From: a bacterium
GTDB taxonomy: Bacteria > SZUA-79 > Acidulodesulfobacterales > Acidulodesulfobacteraceae
NCBI GenBank assembly: GCA_021809845.1
Contig: JAJZJW010000003.1
Coordinates: forward strand, 21,785-85,784
DNA: 64,000 nucleotides
Direction of reading: 5' to 3'
The position numbers were made by a program, and so were the translations under genes. Within the stretch, counting starts at the first letter, position 1, and every line of letters begins with the position of its first letter. The notes below the pieces were generated by a model that saw only the letters and a program-made list of their open reading frames with translations, was not told the DNA's origin and did not search any database. This document shows, one piece after another, positions 17,674 to 27,040 of the stretch.

Positions 17674-18387
17674 TTACTTATCTTTTTCCGCGGTCAATAA
17701 AAAGGTTACATACGGACAAAGCTTAATAACCTTTATATTTTTAAAACCATTATTTCTTAAGATGTTTATTAGTCTTTGCCCGTCAAATGAATGTATGCTA
17801 TTAATCAAGAATGAATATGCATCTTTATCCACTAAAGAATCTTCTAAAATCATAATTTTTGCATACAAATGGAAAAACAGCTTAGAAAATTTGCCTTTCG
17901 GATCAGACATATCCATAAGCACAATCTTAGCACCTTTTTTTAGTACCCTGTTTGCTTCTTGAATGAATTTTTCTAAATCATCAAAATCTCTTAATGCAAA
18001 CGAGCTTGTAAGTAAATCAAAACTGTCGGAAGGAAAATCCATCGCCAGAGCGTCGCCAACCTTGAAATGTATTGGCAAATTCATTTTTTTTGCTTTATTA
18101 ATGGCTACATTAAGCATATCGCTGTTTGAATCGATAGCATATACATCTATATCTATATTTTTACCCAGTTTTTTTTTGATGGCGGTATGTTTTATTTCAA
18201 TTGCAAGGTCTCCTGTTCCAGAAGCAACATCAAGCAATTTATAGTTCTTATAACTTTTTAAACCCTTTATAGTTTCGTTTACCGCTTTTTTTCTCCAAAA
18301 AATATCCACGTTACAGCTTAAAATATGGTCCATAAAGTCATATTTTTTATATATTCGCGAAAACATCTCATTTATTTTTTTGCTCAC
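17674..18387 (-). CDS. ubiE: demethylmenaquinone/ubiquinone C-methyltransferase (UbiE/MenG family)
   Basis: N-terminus MFSRIYKKYDFMDHILSCNVDIFWRKKA and SAM motif LLDVASGTGDLA are typical of UbiE/MenG. Confidence 0.75.
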   Translation of the reverse strand: MSKKINEMFSRIYKKYDFMDHILSCNVDIFWRKKAVNETIKGLKSYKNYKLLDVASGTGDLAIEIKHTAIKKKLGKNIDIDVYAIDSNSDMLNVAINKAKKMNLPIHFKVGDALAMDFPSDSFDLLTSSFALRDFDDLEKFIQEANRVLKKGAKIVLMDMSDPKGKFSKLFFHLYAKIMILEDSLVDKDAYSFLINSIHSFDGQRLINILRNNGFKNIKVIKLCPYVTFLLTAEKDK

Positions 18388-18444
18388 TATATTGCACCAA
18401 TTTTTAAATATAATTTTTTATTAAATATGACCAAGCGCCGCATT

Positions 18445-18680
18445 TAATTTTGTTTAATTTTATTTAATTTTGTTTAATTTATTTTGATATTATTTAGTGT
18501 TATTTAATTTTATTTAATTTTGTTTAATTTATTTTGATATTATTTAGTGTTATTTAATTTTATTTAATTTTGTTTAATTTATTTTGATATTATTTAGTGT
18601 TATTTAATTTTGTTTAATTTTGTTTAATTTATTTTGATATTATTTAGTGTTATTTAATTTTGTTTAATTTATTTTAATTT
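18445..18680. repeat. 50-bp tandem repeat (~4.5 units) made of 10-bp T-tract subunits
   Basis: Unit TATTTAATTT TATTTAATTT TGTTTAATTT ATTTTGATAT TATTTAGTGT. T-tracts are phased every 10 bp. Confidence 0.9.
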
Positions 18681-18792
18681 ATAAGATACCATAAAAAATA
18701 CAACTAATGTAATTTAATGTATAAAACCCAATGTTAGTTAAAATTACAACTTAATGACTTTTTTCATGAGGTTAGGGGTGAAAAATTGTTTT

Positions 18793-19239
18793 TTATTTCC
18801 CCGTCGAACCAAACCCGTTGTCTTTTCTTACGGTATTTTTATTTACACTGTCTACAAGTACGGGGTTACCTGTCCAGACAGGCACTATTAACATCTGTGC
18901 TATCTTATTTCCTGTTTCAAATATTATAGTCGATGCTGATTTATTTTTAGCTAACACAAGCAACTCGCCTCTGTATTCGTGGTCTATCACTCCGCCTTTA
19001 ATCTCAACGCCTTTTATGGCTAGTCCTGACTTTTCTTTTATAATGGCAGCATAGCCTATCGGAAATTCCATCTTAATGCCGATATGCGCTTTAGTTAACG
19101 TATTAGGCTTTAATACCGTTGTTTCGCAAACACATAAATCTAATCCTGCATCCCCGTTAATACTGCGAATAGGCATAACGGCTTCGGGATGAAAAAGTTC
19201 AATGTTCAGATAAAAATCTTGATATAAGTCCATAATCAT
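18793..19239 (-). CDS. dut: dUTP diphosphatase
   Basis: Motifs GDAGLDL, RGELLVL and C-terminal GFGSTGK. Confidence 0.9.
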   Translation of the reverse strand: MIMDLYQDFYLNIELFHPEAVMPIRSINGDAGLDLCVCETTVLKPNTLTKAHIGIKMEFPIGYAAIIKEKSGLAIKGVEIKGGVIDHEYRGELLVLAKNKSASTIIFETGNKIAQMLIVPVWTGNPVLVDSVNKNTVRKDNGFGSTGK

Positions 19240-19395
19240 AATAATTATTTTATATATAATCGTTAAGAGTCAGTTGTTGCATTTGGTTTTATTTATTTTA
19301 TTTATTTAACTATTCATTATTTTAACTGTTTATCTTATTTATTTATCTTGCTTGTTTATTTTACTTTATTTATCTATTTATTATTTTATATATTT

Positions 19396-20070
19396 TTATT
19401 CAGTGGTATTTAGTGCCTTTAATAAATATTCATCAATATTCGGCTGTTTTCTTAACCATATTTTGTAATCATCGGGGAGGGATTTTATAGCTGAGCCTTT
19501 ATGCTTTCCGAACGGCATTACTTTCGGTATTCTCGCTTCTTCCGAAAAAGCGTAGATATCAGACCATTTATGCAAATCGGCTTTCTTTAGGATATTTCTT
19601 AAAATACTTAAACATAATTTTACGTCGGTTAAAGCGCTATGAGCGTTTTTTAATACTTCTCTTAACTGTTTTCTTTTATTTATATCGCATAGAGCGTAGC
19701 TTAAAGCTATAAGACTGTGGGAATCTAACTCCGGATAAACGGCTCTTGCCATAGCTAGAGTATCTATTCTTTTTACAGGCGGTTTTCCTATAACAGACCA
19801 GTCAAAATCTATATTGTGTCCCACTAAATACTTAACGTTAGCGTCTAATTCAAATTCGGAAGGTTTGGGGCATCCGACAAGCTCTTCGTCTAGTATATGA
19901 TGTGTGGCCATAGCCCCAAAACTTATAGGCTTTTCAGGATTATACCTTTGAGTAAAAACATTATTCTGTTTATCAAACGGACTGCTTTCTATATAAATAC
20001 CGGCGGCTTCTATTAGGACAGGTTCAGACACATCGGTAGTTTCAGTATCGAAAATAAGAATACTAGACAT
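19396..20070 (-). CDS. exoX: DEDDh 3'-5' exonuclease, ExoX-like
   Basis: Exo motifs ILIFDTETTD, GHNIDFDW, HSALTDV. The C-terminal FGKHKGSAIKSLPDDYKIWL resembles the E. coli ExoX tail (FGKYRGKAVSDVAERDPGYLRWL). Confidence 0.7.
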   Translation of the reverse strand: MSSILIFDTETTDVSEPVLIEAAGIYIESSPFDKQNNVFTQRYNPEKPISFGAMATHHILDEELVGCPKPSEFELDANVKYLVGHNIDFDWSVIGKPPVKRIDTLAMARAVYPELDSHSLIALSYALCDINKRKQLREVLKNAHSALTDVKLCLSILRNILKKADLHKWSDIYAFSEEARIPKVMPFGKHKGSAIKSLPDDYKIWLRKQPNIDEYLLKALNTTE

Positions 20071-20097
20071 TTTTATTCTTTTTTAATTTATTCTTAA

Positions 20098-20140
20098 ACC
20101 TCACGGCTCAAGCCCCGTCCGGAAGGGCGGGGTGATTGAC
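20098..20140. other. GC-rich ~43-nt hairpin motif, copy b
   Basis: ACCTCACGGCTCAAGCCCCGTCCGGAAGGGCGGGGTGATTGAC. 8-bp stem CCCCGTCC/GGGCGGGG with a GGAA loop. Confidence 0.6.
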
Positions 20141-20188
20141 GTAATACAATTATGCAATACAATCCGTTATATATTATAAAATATTTGC

Positions 20189-20923
20189 CTAACGCCCATG
20201 CCTATGAAACATGCGCCTGTTATTTTGATAGTGCCGTTTATACGCCTTCATTCTTCTTCTGAAATATTTTTCTTTTTCTCTGCGTTTCATATTAAATATC
20301 CTTCTCATCTTCCATCTGTTAAACGGATGGTTTGCATAAAACCTTGCTACATGGGAACGCCACAAGTAATAATGCCTTAAATATGCGTGGTGTCTTACCC
20401 ACCACCCCGGATGATATGTTCTATACCACGGACCTATATTTCTTCTCCACCAAATAAAATAAGGTCTATAAGTAACTATGGGCGGAGGCGGGCCGTAAAG
20501 CAGCGGAGGCGGCAAAACAACGGTCGGTTGAAGTTGAAACCACGGACCGGAATAAGCGCTTGCATAAACCCAGCTATTGTTAAACCACCTGTAATAGTAC
20601 CCGTTATATCCGTAAATATAAGTTTGAAAAGGCGGATAATAATACGCATTAACCCCTTGTCCGAAAGAAAAAGCAAAACTTGGCGTTGATACACTTATAA
20701 AACCGGCAGAATAAGCTGAAGGCGTCTGATATGTTGCGCAGCCGCTGAGGTTAAATGCAAATAACATAAAAATAGTAAGAAAAATAATATGTTTTTTATA
20801 TTTAAGCAAATATTTCGCAGAATTCAATGTCGGCGAAATCTTAACTAAAAATCTGTAAAGCATCCTATCGAAAACTTTTTCAGCATTTCGCACTGCAGAA
20901 ACGGCTTTATTTAAAAGCTTCAT
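20189..20923 (-). CDS. Tyr/Trp/Pro/Arg-rich putative lipoprotein
   Basis: Lipobox-like FNLSGC after a hydrophobic helix. Mature part is rich in YY, W and PPP (YYYPPFQTYIYGYNGYYYRWFNNSW, GPPPPIVTYRPYFIWW). Very basic C-terminus. The true start within the ORF is uncertain. Confidence 0.5.
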   Translation of the reverse strand: MKLLNKAVSAVRNAEKVFDRMLYRFLVKISPTLNSAKYLLKYKKHIIFLTIFMLFAFNLSGCATYQTPSAYSAGFISVSTPSFAFSFGQGVNAYYYPPFQTYIYGYNGYYYRWFNNSWVYASAYSGPWFQLQPTVVLPPPLLYGPPPPIVTYRPYFIWWRRNIGPWYRTYHPGWWVRHHAYLRHYYLWRSHVARFYANHPFNRWKMRRIFNMKRREKEKYFRRRMKAYKRHYQNNRRMFHRHGR

Positions 20924-21192
20924 GATTTTTTTTGCTCCAATTTATTTTTTTTATTAAAATAAAATAATAATTATAATAATAATTGCAATAATAATCAATT
21001 TTTAAATTCTTTTTTTAATCTAATATTTCTTTAAAATTATACTTCTTATATGTATTGTTATATTTTATCATATAACATAAAAAAGGCAATAATTACAAAA
21101 ATATGTTAAAATCTATTATTGGCTCATCGCTTAATTATAATGATTAATTTATTATTCATTTAATTAATTAATTTACGGGATGATTTTTTATT

Positions 21193-21300
21193 ATGTTTTA
21201 CGACAGAAAAGATGCAGGGAATAAATTAGCGGCAGCTCTTAAAACAAAGAGAATAGCTCTCCTCCCCGCCATACCGGACGGGGTATCCGAGCTATGTTTT
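21193..21300 (+). pseudogene. possible N-terminal remnant of a second phosphoribosyltransferase gene
   Basis: MFYDRKDAGNKLAAALKTKR parallels the N-terminus MFKNRVEAGKLLANKLLQYK of the intact paralogue at 21443-22102. The reading frame then runs into a GC-rich hairpin and the 64-bp repeats. Confidence 0.3.
21253..21295. other. GC-rich hairpin motif, copy c (inverted orientation)
   Basis: The reverse-complement core CCCCGTCCGGTATGGCGGGG matches copy b core CCCCGTCCGGAAGGGCGGGG at 18/20. It is flanked by the outer inverted repeat ATAGCTC/GAGCTAT. Confidence 0.55.
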
Positions 21301-21312
21301 TGTTTAAACCGA

Positions 21313-21504
21313 CTTCACGGTTTTACAAAACATAAATTATCATTTGCTTTATCTGTAAAGAAAATATTTAAACTAACTTCACGGTTTTACAAAACATAAA
21401 TTATCATTTGCTTTATCTGTAAAGAAAATATTTAAACTAACTTCACGGTTTTACAAAACATAAATTATCATTTGCTTTATCCAGAAGGCTAATCACTTCT
21501 TTAT
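21313..21504. repeat. 64-bp tandem repeat x3 containing the 3' end of the PRTase gene
   Basis: Copies start at 21313, 21377 and 21441. The third carries the real stop (TGA at 21443-21445) and the last ~13 codons (DKANDNLCFVKP*). Confidence 0.9.
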
Positions 21505-22102
21505 CTGATGTTTGGCTAAAATCATCATAAGATGCTCCTACTGCATAAAAATTTTCCGGGGCGGACAAAACAACGACCTCATCAACTTCTCTTTTTAGTT
21601 CCGCTATTGTTTCAATAGGCGCAACCGGAACGGCAACAATAATTTTCTTTGGATTTTCTGATTTTAAATATCTTATTACTACTTTAATAGATGCGCCCGT
21701 TGCAATACCGTCATCAACGACAATTACAATTTTACCGGCAATATCTATTCTATCTCTCCCGCTCCTATAAATCTTTTCGCGTTTTCTAATTTCCGAAAGC
21801 TTAATCTCAGTAATTTCATCAATATAATTTTTTGTAATATTAAGATGTTTTATAATTTCATTATTAAGAAATATTTGAGGATTTTTTCCATCGACTATCG
21901 CTCCTATTGCAAGTTCTTCTTGCATGGGAGCACCTAATTTTTTAACTAAAGCAACATCTAAATAAGCGCACAGTACATATGCAATTTCAAAAGCAACGGG
22001 AATACCTCCCCTTGCAAGTCCAATAACAACAGCTTGAGCATTTTTATATTGCAATAACTTATTTGCCAGTAATTTTCCGGCTTCAACTCTATTTTTAAAC
22101 AT
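21443..22102 (-). CDS. phosphoribosyltransferase-domain protein
   Basis: PRPP-binding loop IVIVVDDGIATGAS. N-terminus MFKNRVEAGKLL. Start set at the ATG preceded by AGGTG; the ORF track begins at a GTG at 22114. Confidence 0.75.
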   Translation of the reverse strand: MFKNRVEAGKLLANKLLQYKNAQAVVIGLARGGIPVAFEIAYVLCAYLDVALVKKLGAPMQEELAIGAIVDGKNPQIFLNNEIIKHLNITKNYIDEITEIKLSEIRKREKIYRSGRDRIDIAGKIVIVVDDGIATGASIKVVIRYLKSENPKKIIVAVPVAPIETIAELKREVDEVVVLSAPENFYAVGASYDDFSQTSDKEVISLLDKANDNLCFVKP

Positions 22103-22117
22103 TAAATTAAACACCTA

Positions 22118-22200
22118 TTATGAGAATAATTTAATTACACTTATTCATTATAAACACTTTATGAGAATAATTTAATTACAGTTATTTATTATAAACACAC
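22118..22200. repeat. 41-bp direct repeat x2 immediately upstream of the PRTase gene
   Basis: TTATGAGAATAATTTAATTACA(C/G)TTATT(C/T)ATTATAAACAC occurs twice. Confidence 0.85.
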
Positions 22201-22346
22201 ATTATAAATAATTACTGATTACCCATTGCTAATTATTAATTACAACAAGAATTAAATTATTAAATGTTTTTATAATATTTACAGTTTGAATACATATCAG
22301 CTCTATATTATTTATAATGATATAATAATTATATTACTTTTATTGA

Positions 22347-22470
22347 GCCTGCATTTATCATCTATTTATCTATCACCTATTTATCTATCATCTATTTATC
22401 TATCACCTATTTATCTATCATCTATTTATCTATCACCTATTTATCTATCATCTATTTATCGTCTATTTAT
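22347..22470. repeat. 15-bp tandem repeat (~8 units)
   Basis: CA(T/C)CTATTTATCTAT repeated. It generates the spurious ORF 22286-22519. Confidence 0.9.
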
Positions 22471-22629
22471 TATCTATTATAAGAATAACACAGTTTTCGT
22501 AATTTTCAAGCGTGCATAGTTTATTTATTATAGTATAATACAATATGCTCTACGTTAATAACATAATAATATTCAGCATACAGTACGCAGGTTGTACTAT
22601 ATAATTAATAGTATAATAATGTTACAATG

Positions 22630-24180
22630 CTAATCTAAAATTACGCATCTGTTTCTTCCGTTTAATTTTGCTTTATAGAGGGCATCATCGGCTCTTTTTA
22701 TAAAAGATGCATCGTTATCTTTTTTGCGAAGCATTGCGATGCCAAAACTTAAAGTAATCTTTATATTTTTAACAAAATTATGCGACTCTGCCTGTAATCT
22801 TAATTTCTCAGCTAACCTCAGCGCATTTTCTGAAGAAGTATGAGGAGTTATTATTAGGAATTCCTCGCCTCCCCATCTTATAAAATAATCTTCTTCCCTT
22901 ATATTTTTCATTATTAATAAAGCTAGAGCTTTCAATACATCATCGCCGATTATATGCCCATATCTATCGTTTATCTCTTTAAAAAAATCAATATCAAACA
23001 TTATGACGGAAAAAGGGTATTCATATCTCTTTGCTTTTTTAATTTCTTTTCCGATTATTTCTTTGTATTTATTCCTGTTATACGCTCCGGTTAAAGAATC
23101 TTCTACCGATAATTTTTTAAGTTTTTCTTCCATTTTAATTCTTTCGGTTACGTCTCTTGCAATACACACCCCTATAGGAGATTCATCTTTAATTTTATAT
23201 ATGCGGCTGGTAACTTCAAAAGGGATTATTTTTCCGTTTTTTGTCTTAATTTCGGCAGGATAAGTCATTGACTCTTTTTTAAATAATAGCTGCATCATGT
23301 TTAATATATCTTGTTTGTTTGCATTAATGATATCAAGATGACTTAATTTTAAAAATTCATCTTTAGAATAACCTAATTTTTTTAAAGCCATATTATTTAC
23401 TTCAATAAAATGCTTAGGAACAGCATCGGCAGTAAATTCCGTTACATAAGCTAAATCGTATATATTATCAAAAATCAAATTAAATCTTGCATAAAGCCTT
23501 TTTATCTCTTTATTTTTCTTATTTGAATAAATAATAAAAAATAATATGGAACTAAATATTATCAATGAACCTATTAAATAAATTATATCGAAATAAGAAC
23601 GTAATATTTTTTCGCGGTTTATCGTCATTTTAATAGCTTTTATGGCAAATGGGGAAAAAATAGGCGATTCTTTATAAAGGGCAAGTTCTATCGGTGTAAA
23701 AAATATTTTTTTTGCGATTGATTTATGATATTTTATAAGCCTTAACATTATTGGTCTTATAAAATTTATATAATTAAAATAGGATTTATTTATATACGGC
23801 AAGATGGTTTTTGAGCCAATTCGCGTATCTTTTATATATTGTTTTACATTTTTAAAGTCCCCATTTGTGGCAATAATTAAAGATTTAGCTGCATCCAATG
23901 TTGCTTTAAGCTTTTTTTGGTCATTTAGTTTTGTATATTTTATAATAAATGACGACTGTTTAATCAGGTTATTTAAGTTAGTTGAAAGTTTCGTTGTATA
24001 AAGCGCAATATCTGAAGATTTTTTAACATAAAAACTAATTTCCATCTGTGAAATCATATAAATTGATGCGGCAATAATCACATATAAAATTAGCAGTAAA
24101 AAACCTATAGATATAACTTTCGGGATAAGTTTTGGAATAAATTTAATGAAAAAACCTTCATTTTTACGTTTATTATCCAT
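22630..24180 (-). CDS. membrane-bound PAS-GGDEF diguanylate cyclase
   Basis: Two TM helices flank a ~170-aa extracytoplasmic region. PAS-like segment, then a GGDEF domain with an intact RWGGEEF site and DIDFFKEIND. Confidence 0.85.
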   Translation of the reverse strand: MDNKRKNEGFFIKFIPKLIPKVISIGFLLLILYVIIAASIYMISQMEISFYVKKSSDIALYTTKLSTNLNNLIKQSSFIIKYTKLNDQKKLKATLDAAKSLIIATNGDFKNVKQYIKDTRIGSKTILPYINKSYFNYINFIRPIMLRLIKYHKSIAKKIFFTPIELALYKESPIFSPFAIKAIKMTINREKILRSYFDIIYLIGSLIIFSSILFFIIYSNKKNKEIKRLYARFNLIFDNIYDLAYVTEFTADAVPKHFIEVNNMALKKLGYSKDEFLKLSHLDIINANKQDILNMMQLLFKKESMTYPAEIKTKNGKIIPFEVTSRIYKIKDESPIGVCIARDVTERIKMEEKLKKLSVEDSLTGAYNRNKYKEIIGKEIKKAKRYEYPFSVIMFDIDFFKEINDRYGHIIGDDVLKALALLIMKNIREEDYFIRWGGEEFLIITPHTSSENALRLAEKLRLQAESHNFVKNIKITLSFGIAMLRKKDNDASFIKRADDALYKAKLNGRNRCVILD

Positions 24181-24192
24181 ATAAATACTTTT

Positions 24193-24390
24193 TTAGTATA
24201 TACTGCCGAAATATCTTATGAGAACTTCCCTGCCGTTTTTTTCGAGATAAACCTTCTTTTTTTTAATAATTTCATCAGAAAAGATATGATTTCGTCCGAT
24301 AAATTCGTTTAAGGATTTGGGTCTCAGTCTTTCTACAAGAGGTTGAAGAATATTGCTTTTAGTAATATTAATAATACGCTGTGCATCTTT
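24193..24390 (-). pseudogene. start-less fragment resembling the N-terminus of a RarA/RuvB-type AAA+ protein
   Basis: Own translation: ..ILQPLVERLRPKSLNEFIGRNHIF.. resembles E. coli RarA [23 protein letters not shown]. There is no ATG, no Walker A, and a stop after ~65 codons. Confidence 0.3.
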
Positions 24391-24400
24391 ATTGTAGTTT

Positions 24401-25021
24401 TTATTGTAGTTTTAAATTTTTCTTCATTTCTTCCATTATACCGAGCCATATATCGATATTAGGTTTCAATTCAAACTCTATTATGTCTGTTAATAGCGTA
24501 TAGTCTGCATCTTTTTGTGTTGTCATAATGGACGAGAGTATTTTTTCCAAGTCGCTGAAATGAGCCTGTACGGATTTTCCTTTGTAAATAATATTATGAT
24601 AATCAAGCTTTGTAAATTGTGCAATCTTATCCATTATTTGGATAAAAACACTTAACCCGGTAAGATAGCCGGCAAAATCGGTAAATCCTCCGGAATAGTT
24701 GCCCCATCTAATACTATCGGCAGTCTTATCAATACCTTTTTTAAACTCGTTAAAAAAAAGTATTACAGAATTTATAGATCCATCAAGCATTTCTTCGTGG
24801 CTCATGGTTTTAATTTTTATTTTATCTCCTTCCGATAATATTACTGCTTTTGATTTGTCGGAATCCGCCATAAGCTCACTATAATCGTTGCCGTTAACAT
24901 CTATTTTCTTAATCAGTCTGCCTTCCGGCAAAATATCTTTAATGCTGCCGTATAAAATATCGTTCATAGTCTCCCACTCAGGTAAAATTTGTACCTGATT
25001 ATCATCGACAAAAAGCTGCAT
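24401..25021 (-). CDS. hypothetical protein (206 aa)
   Basis: GGAGG 5 nt upstream of the ATG. No family recognised. Lies at the distal end of the sulfation/glycosylation gene string. Confidence 0.55.
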   Translation of the reverse strand: MQLFVDDNQVQILPEWETMNDILYGSIKDILPEGRLIKKIDVNGNDYSELMADSDKSKAVILSEGDKIKIKTMSHEEMLDGSINSVILFFNEFKKGIDKTADSIRWGNYSGGFTDFAGYLTGLSVFIQIMDKIAQFTKLDYHNIIYKGKSVQAHFSDLEKILSSIMTTQKDADYTLLTDIIEFELKPNIDIWLGIMEEMKKNLKLQ

Positions 25022-25087
25022 CTGTTCCTCCGAGTAAAGATTCTTTAACTAATTTACTAAAATTTAATGTACTTATTATAATATAAA

Positions 25088-25687
25088 TTATAAATTTAAC
25101 AACTCATTTTTTTTTAGGCTGTTAATAATTTTTTCAACGGCTTCTTCAAAACGCACATTCAGCGTCTTAATATGAATGTCAGCAGACAGCGGCTTTTCAT
25201 AAGGAGAATCCACTCCTGTATAATTGTCTATTTTGCCGTTCAATGCTTTTTTATACCAGCCTTTAGCGTCCCTTTCAACGCAGTCGTAAAAAGGAGCATC
25301 TATAAAAATCTCAACAAAGTCTTCTTCCCCGATTATTTCTTTTGCATATTGTCTGCCGTTCCTAAAAGGCGAAATAAACGGTATTATAGTTATAAACCCG
25401 GCATCTACAAAAAGCCTTGCGATTTCAGCAGTTCTTCTAATGTTTTCATTCCTGTCGGAATCAGAAAATCCTAAATCCGTATTAAGTCTATGCCTGATAT
25501 TGTCGCCATCCATAAGATATGTATGAAATTTTTTTTTGTGCAGTTCTGCTTCCAGCATACCGGCAATCGTACTTTTTCCGCTTCCGCTTAACCCCGTAAA
25601 CCATAAAACAAAACCTCTGTGTCCGTTAAGTCTTTCCCTATCTTCCCGCTTAATAATATGTTTGTGCAATATAACGTTTAAAGTCAT
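25088..25687 (-). CDS. cysC: adenylyl-sulfate (APS) kinase
   Basis: RGFVLWFTGLSGSGKSTIA P-loop, MDGDNIRHRLNTDLGFS, FISPFR: the classical CysC pattern. Confidence 0.9.
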   Translation of the reverse strand: MTLNVILHKHIIKREDRERLNGHRGFVLWFTGLSGSGKSTIAGMLEAELHKKKFHTYLMDGDNIRHRLNTDLGFSDSDRNENIRRTAEIARLFVDAGFITIIPFISPFRNGRQYAKEIIGEEDFVEIFIDAPFYDCVERDAKGWYKKALNGKIDNYTGVDSPYEKPLSADIHIKTLNVRFEEAVEKIINSLKKNELLNL

Positions 25688-25689
25688 CT

Positions 25690-26694
25690 TTATTTTTTCT
25701 CTGCATTGAGAGTATCTAAAGTTTTATTGAGTTCCGCTATTTTATTTTCTTTATCTATAAGTACTTCATTCATAGCGAGCAGGGTGTTATAAGAAGCTTG
25801 CATAAAAAAAATAGTAGAGCGCAGTTCTTCCAGCCATATTTTAATTCTTACCAATTCTTTGGCAATATTTAAATCTGCGCCGGAAAAACCCTCTGAACAT
25901 AATTTTCTCAATAAAATATAACATGCTACAACCTTTGGCGGTATGTTCCCGTCGGCTCTTAATTCTTGGGTAGTAAAGGCGGCATGTCTCATATTTTTTG
26001 TCAAAAAATTAGTTGCATATTCTTTAAAAGCAGGATTATTTTCATTATTTTCATGGTCTATTTTAAGTTTGAGCCCTGAGGTAATTCTTAAAAGCTGCAC
26101 TTCCGGATTTTCGAGCATATCGTCATAATCTACAAAAACAGCGTTCGACTTGAACTTAGAGTTTAAAACACAATCTAAAATGGAAATCATACCGCTCAGC
26201 CATATATAATACGCAATAATGATATCCATATTTCCGCGCTTAACCATGGAAAGAGCGGAACTTTTAGGATTTCTGCAAACAACAACAAATGAAACATCTA
26301 TGCTAAGTTCGCTGAAAACTTCCTGCCATATAGGCAGCAGCTTTGCAATAAAGGGGTCTTTAAAACCAAAAATATCCGCATCCCTTAATCGGTCTTTAAT
26401 TATATCTTTGGCAGTATTTTTAAAAATCGTTATAGCTTCTTCAGGTATATTTCTTAAGTTTATTAAAATTGCATTATCGGGTTTGCCTGTCAATATTTTT
26501 AATAATCCGTAATTAAGTAAATTAATATCCTCGTCCTCAAAAAAGCCTTTTTCATTGCCTGTGTCAGGCAAATTGTACAGAGCTTTTCCGATATTTACAC
26601 CAAGCGCGTCGAGACCTTTCGTGATAGCGCTTGTTCCGCTTCTCGGCACCCCTGCTACAACTATTATACGTTTTTCTGCATAATCTTCACCCAT
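25690..26694 (-). CDS. PAPS-dependent sulfotransferase-family protein
   Basis: N-terminal 5'-PSB-like loop IIVVAGVPRSGTSAITKGL followed by NEKGFFED, as in bacterial sulfotransferases. Sits 2 nt upstream of cysC. Confidence 0.7.
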   Translation of the reverse strand: MGEDYAEKRIIVVAGVPRSGTSAITKGLDALGVNIGKALYNLPDTGNEKGFFEDEDINLLNYGLLKILTGKPDNAILINLRNIPEEAITIFKNTAKDIIKDRLRDADIFGFKDPFIAKLLPIWQEVFSELSIDVSFVVVCRNPKSSALSMVKRGNMDIIIAYYIWLSGMISILDCVLNSKFKSNAVFVDYDDMLENPEVQLLRITSGLKLKIDHENNENNPAFKEYATNFLTKNMRHAAFTTQELRADGNIPPKVVACYILLRKLCSEGFSGADLNIAKELVRIKIWLEELRSTIFFMQASYNTLLAMNEVLIDKENKIAELNKTLDTLNAEKK

Positions 26695-26817
26695 AATCTC
26701 TAACTATATCACCTCATGATATTTATTTGTAATAATTTTGCTTTATTTCTTCTTTGCCATATAATTTTTACTTTCCCATAATCTCTAACTATACCTCATA
26801 ATATTTATATGCAATAA
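26690..26817. repeat. ghost duplication of the sulfotransferase 5' end/leader
   Basis: CCCATAATCTCTAACTATATCACCTCATGATATTTATTTGTAATAA (includes the start codon CAT at 26692-26694) recurs as CCCATAATCTCTAACTATACCTCATAATATTTATATGCAATAA at ~26775-26817. Confidence 0.8.
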
Positions 26818-26884
26818 ATAATTTTATTTTATTTTCTTGCTTGCCCTTTTATTCGCCTTTTGTTTGTCCTCCTCATAATTTACC

Positions 26885-27040
26885 AGAAGTTTATCAAAAA
26901 AAGGAACCATATTTTTTTGAATATTATTAATTATTAATATTATTAATTGACTATTATTATTTGAATTTTATAAATTGATGTTTATAACCGCAAGTTTATC
27001 AAAAAAAAGGGACCATATTTTCTTGAATATTATTAATTGG
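26885..27040. repeat. ghost copy of C-terminal coding sequence of the GT9-like gene, downstream of its stop
   Basis: AGAAGTTTATCAAAAAAAGGAACCATATTTTTTTGAATATTATTAATT (26885-26932) resembles GCAAGTTTATCAAAAAAAAGGGACCATATTTTCTTGAATATTATTAATT (26990-27038, coding). Confidence 0.8.

Noticed and set aside
20098-20140. SRP (4.5S) RNA, because of the GUCCGGAAGG apical-loop-like sequence
   Set aside because: The flanks lack the conserved SRP domain-IV internal-loop nucleotides (AGCA/GGA asymmetric loop) and the long closing helix. The related copy a has a different loop (GTTA).
22286-22519. 77-aa ORF (SIYLSPIYLS)n
   Set aside because: Generated by the 15-bp tandem repeat. Not a credible protein.
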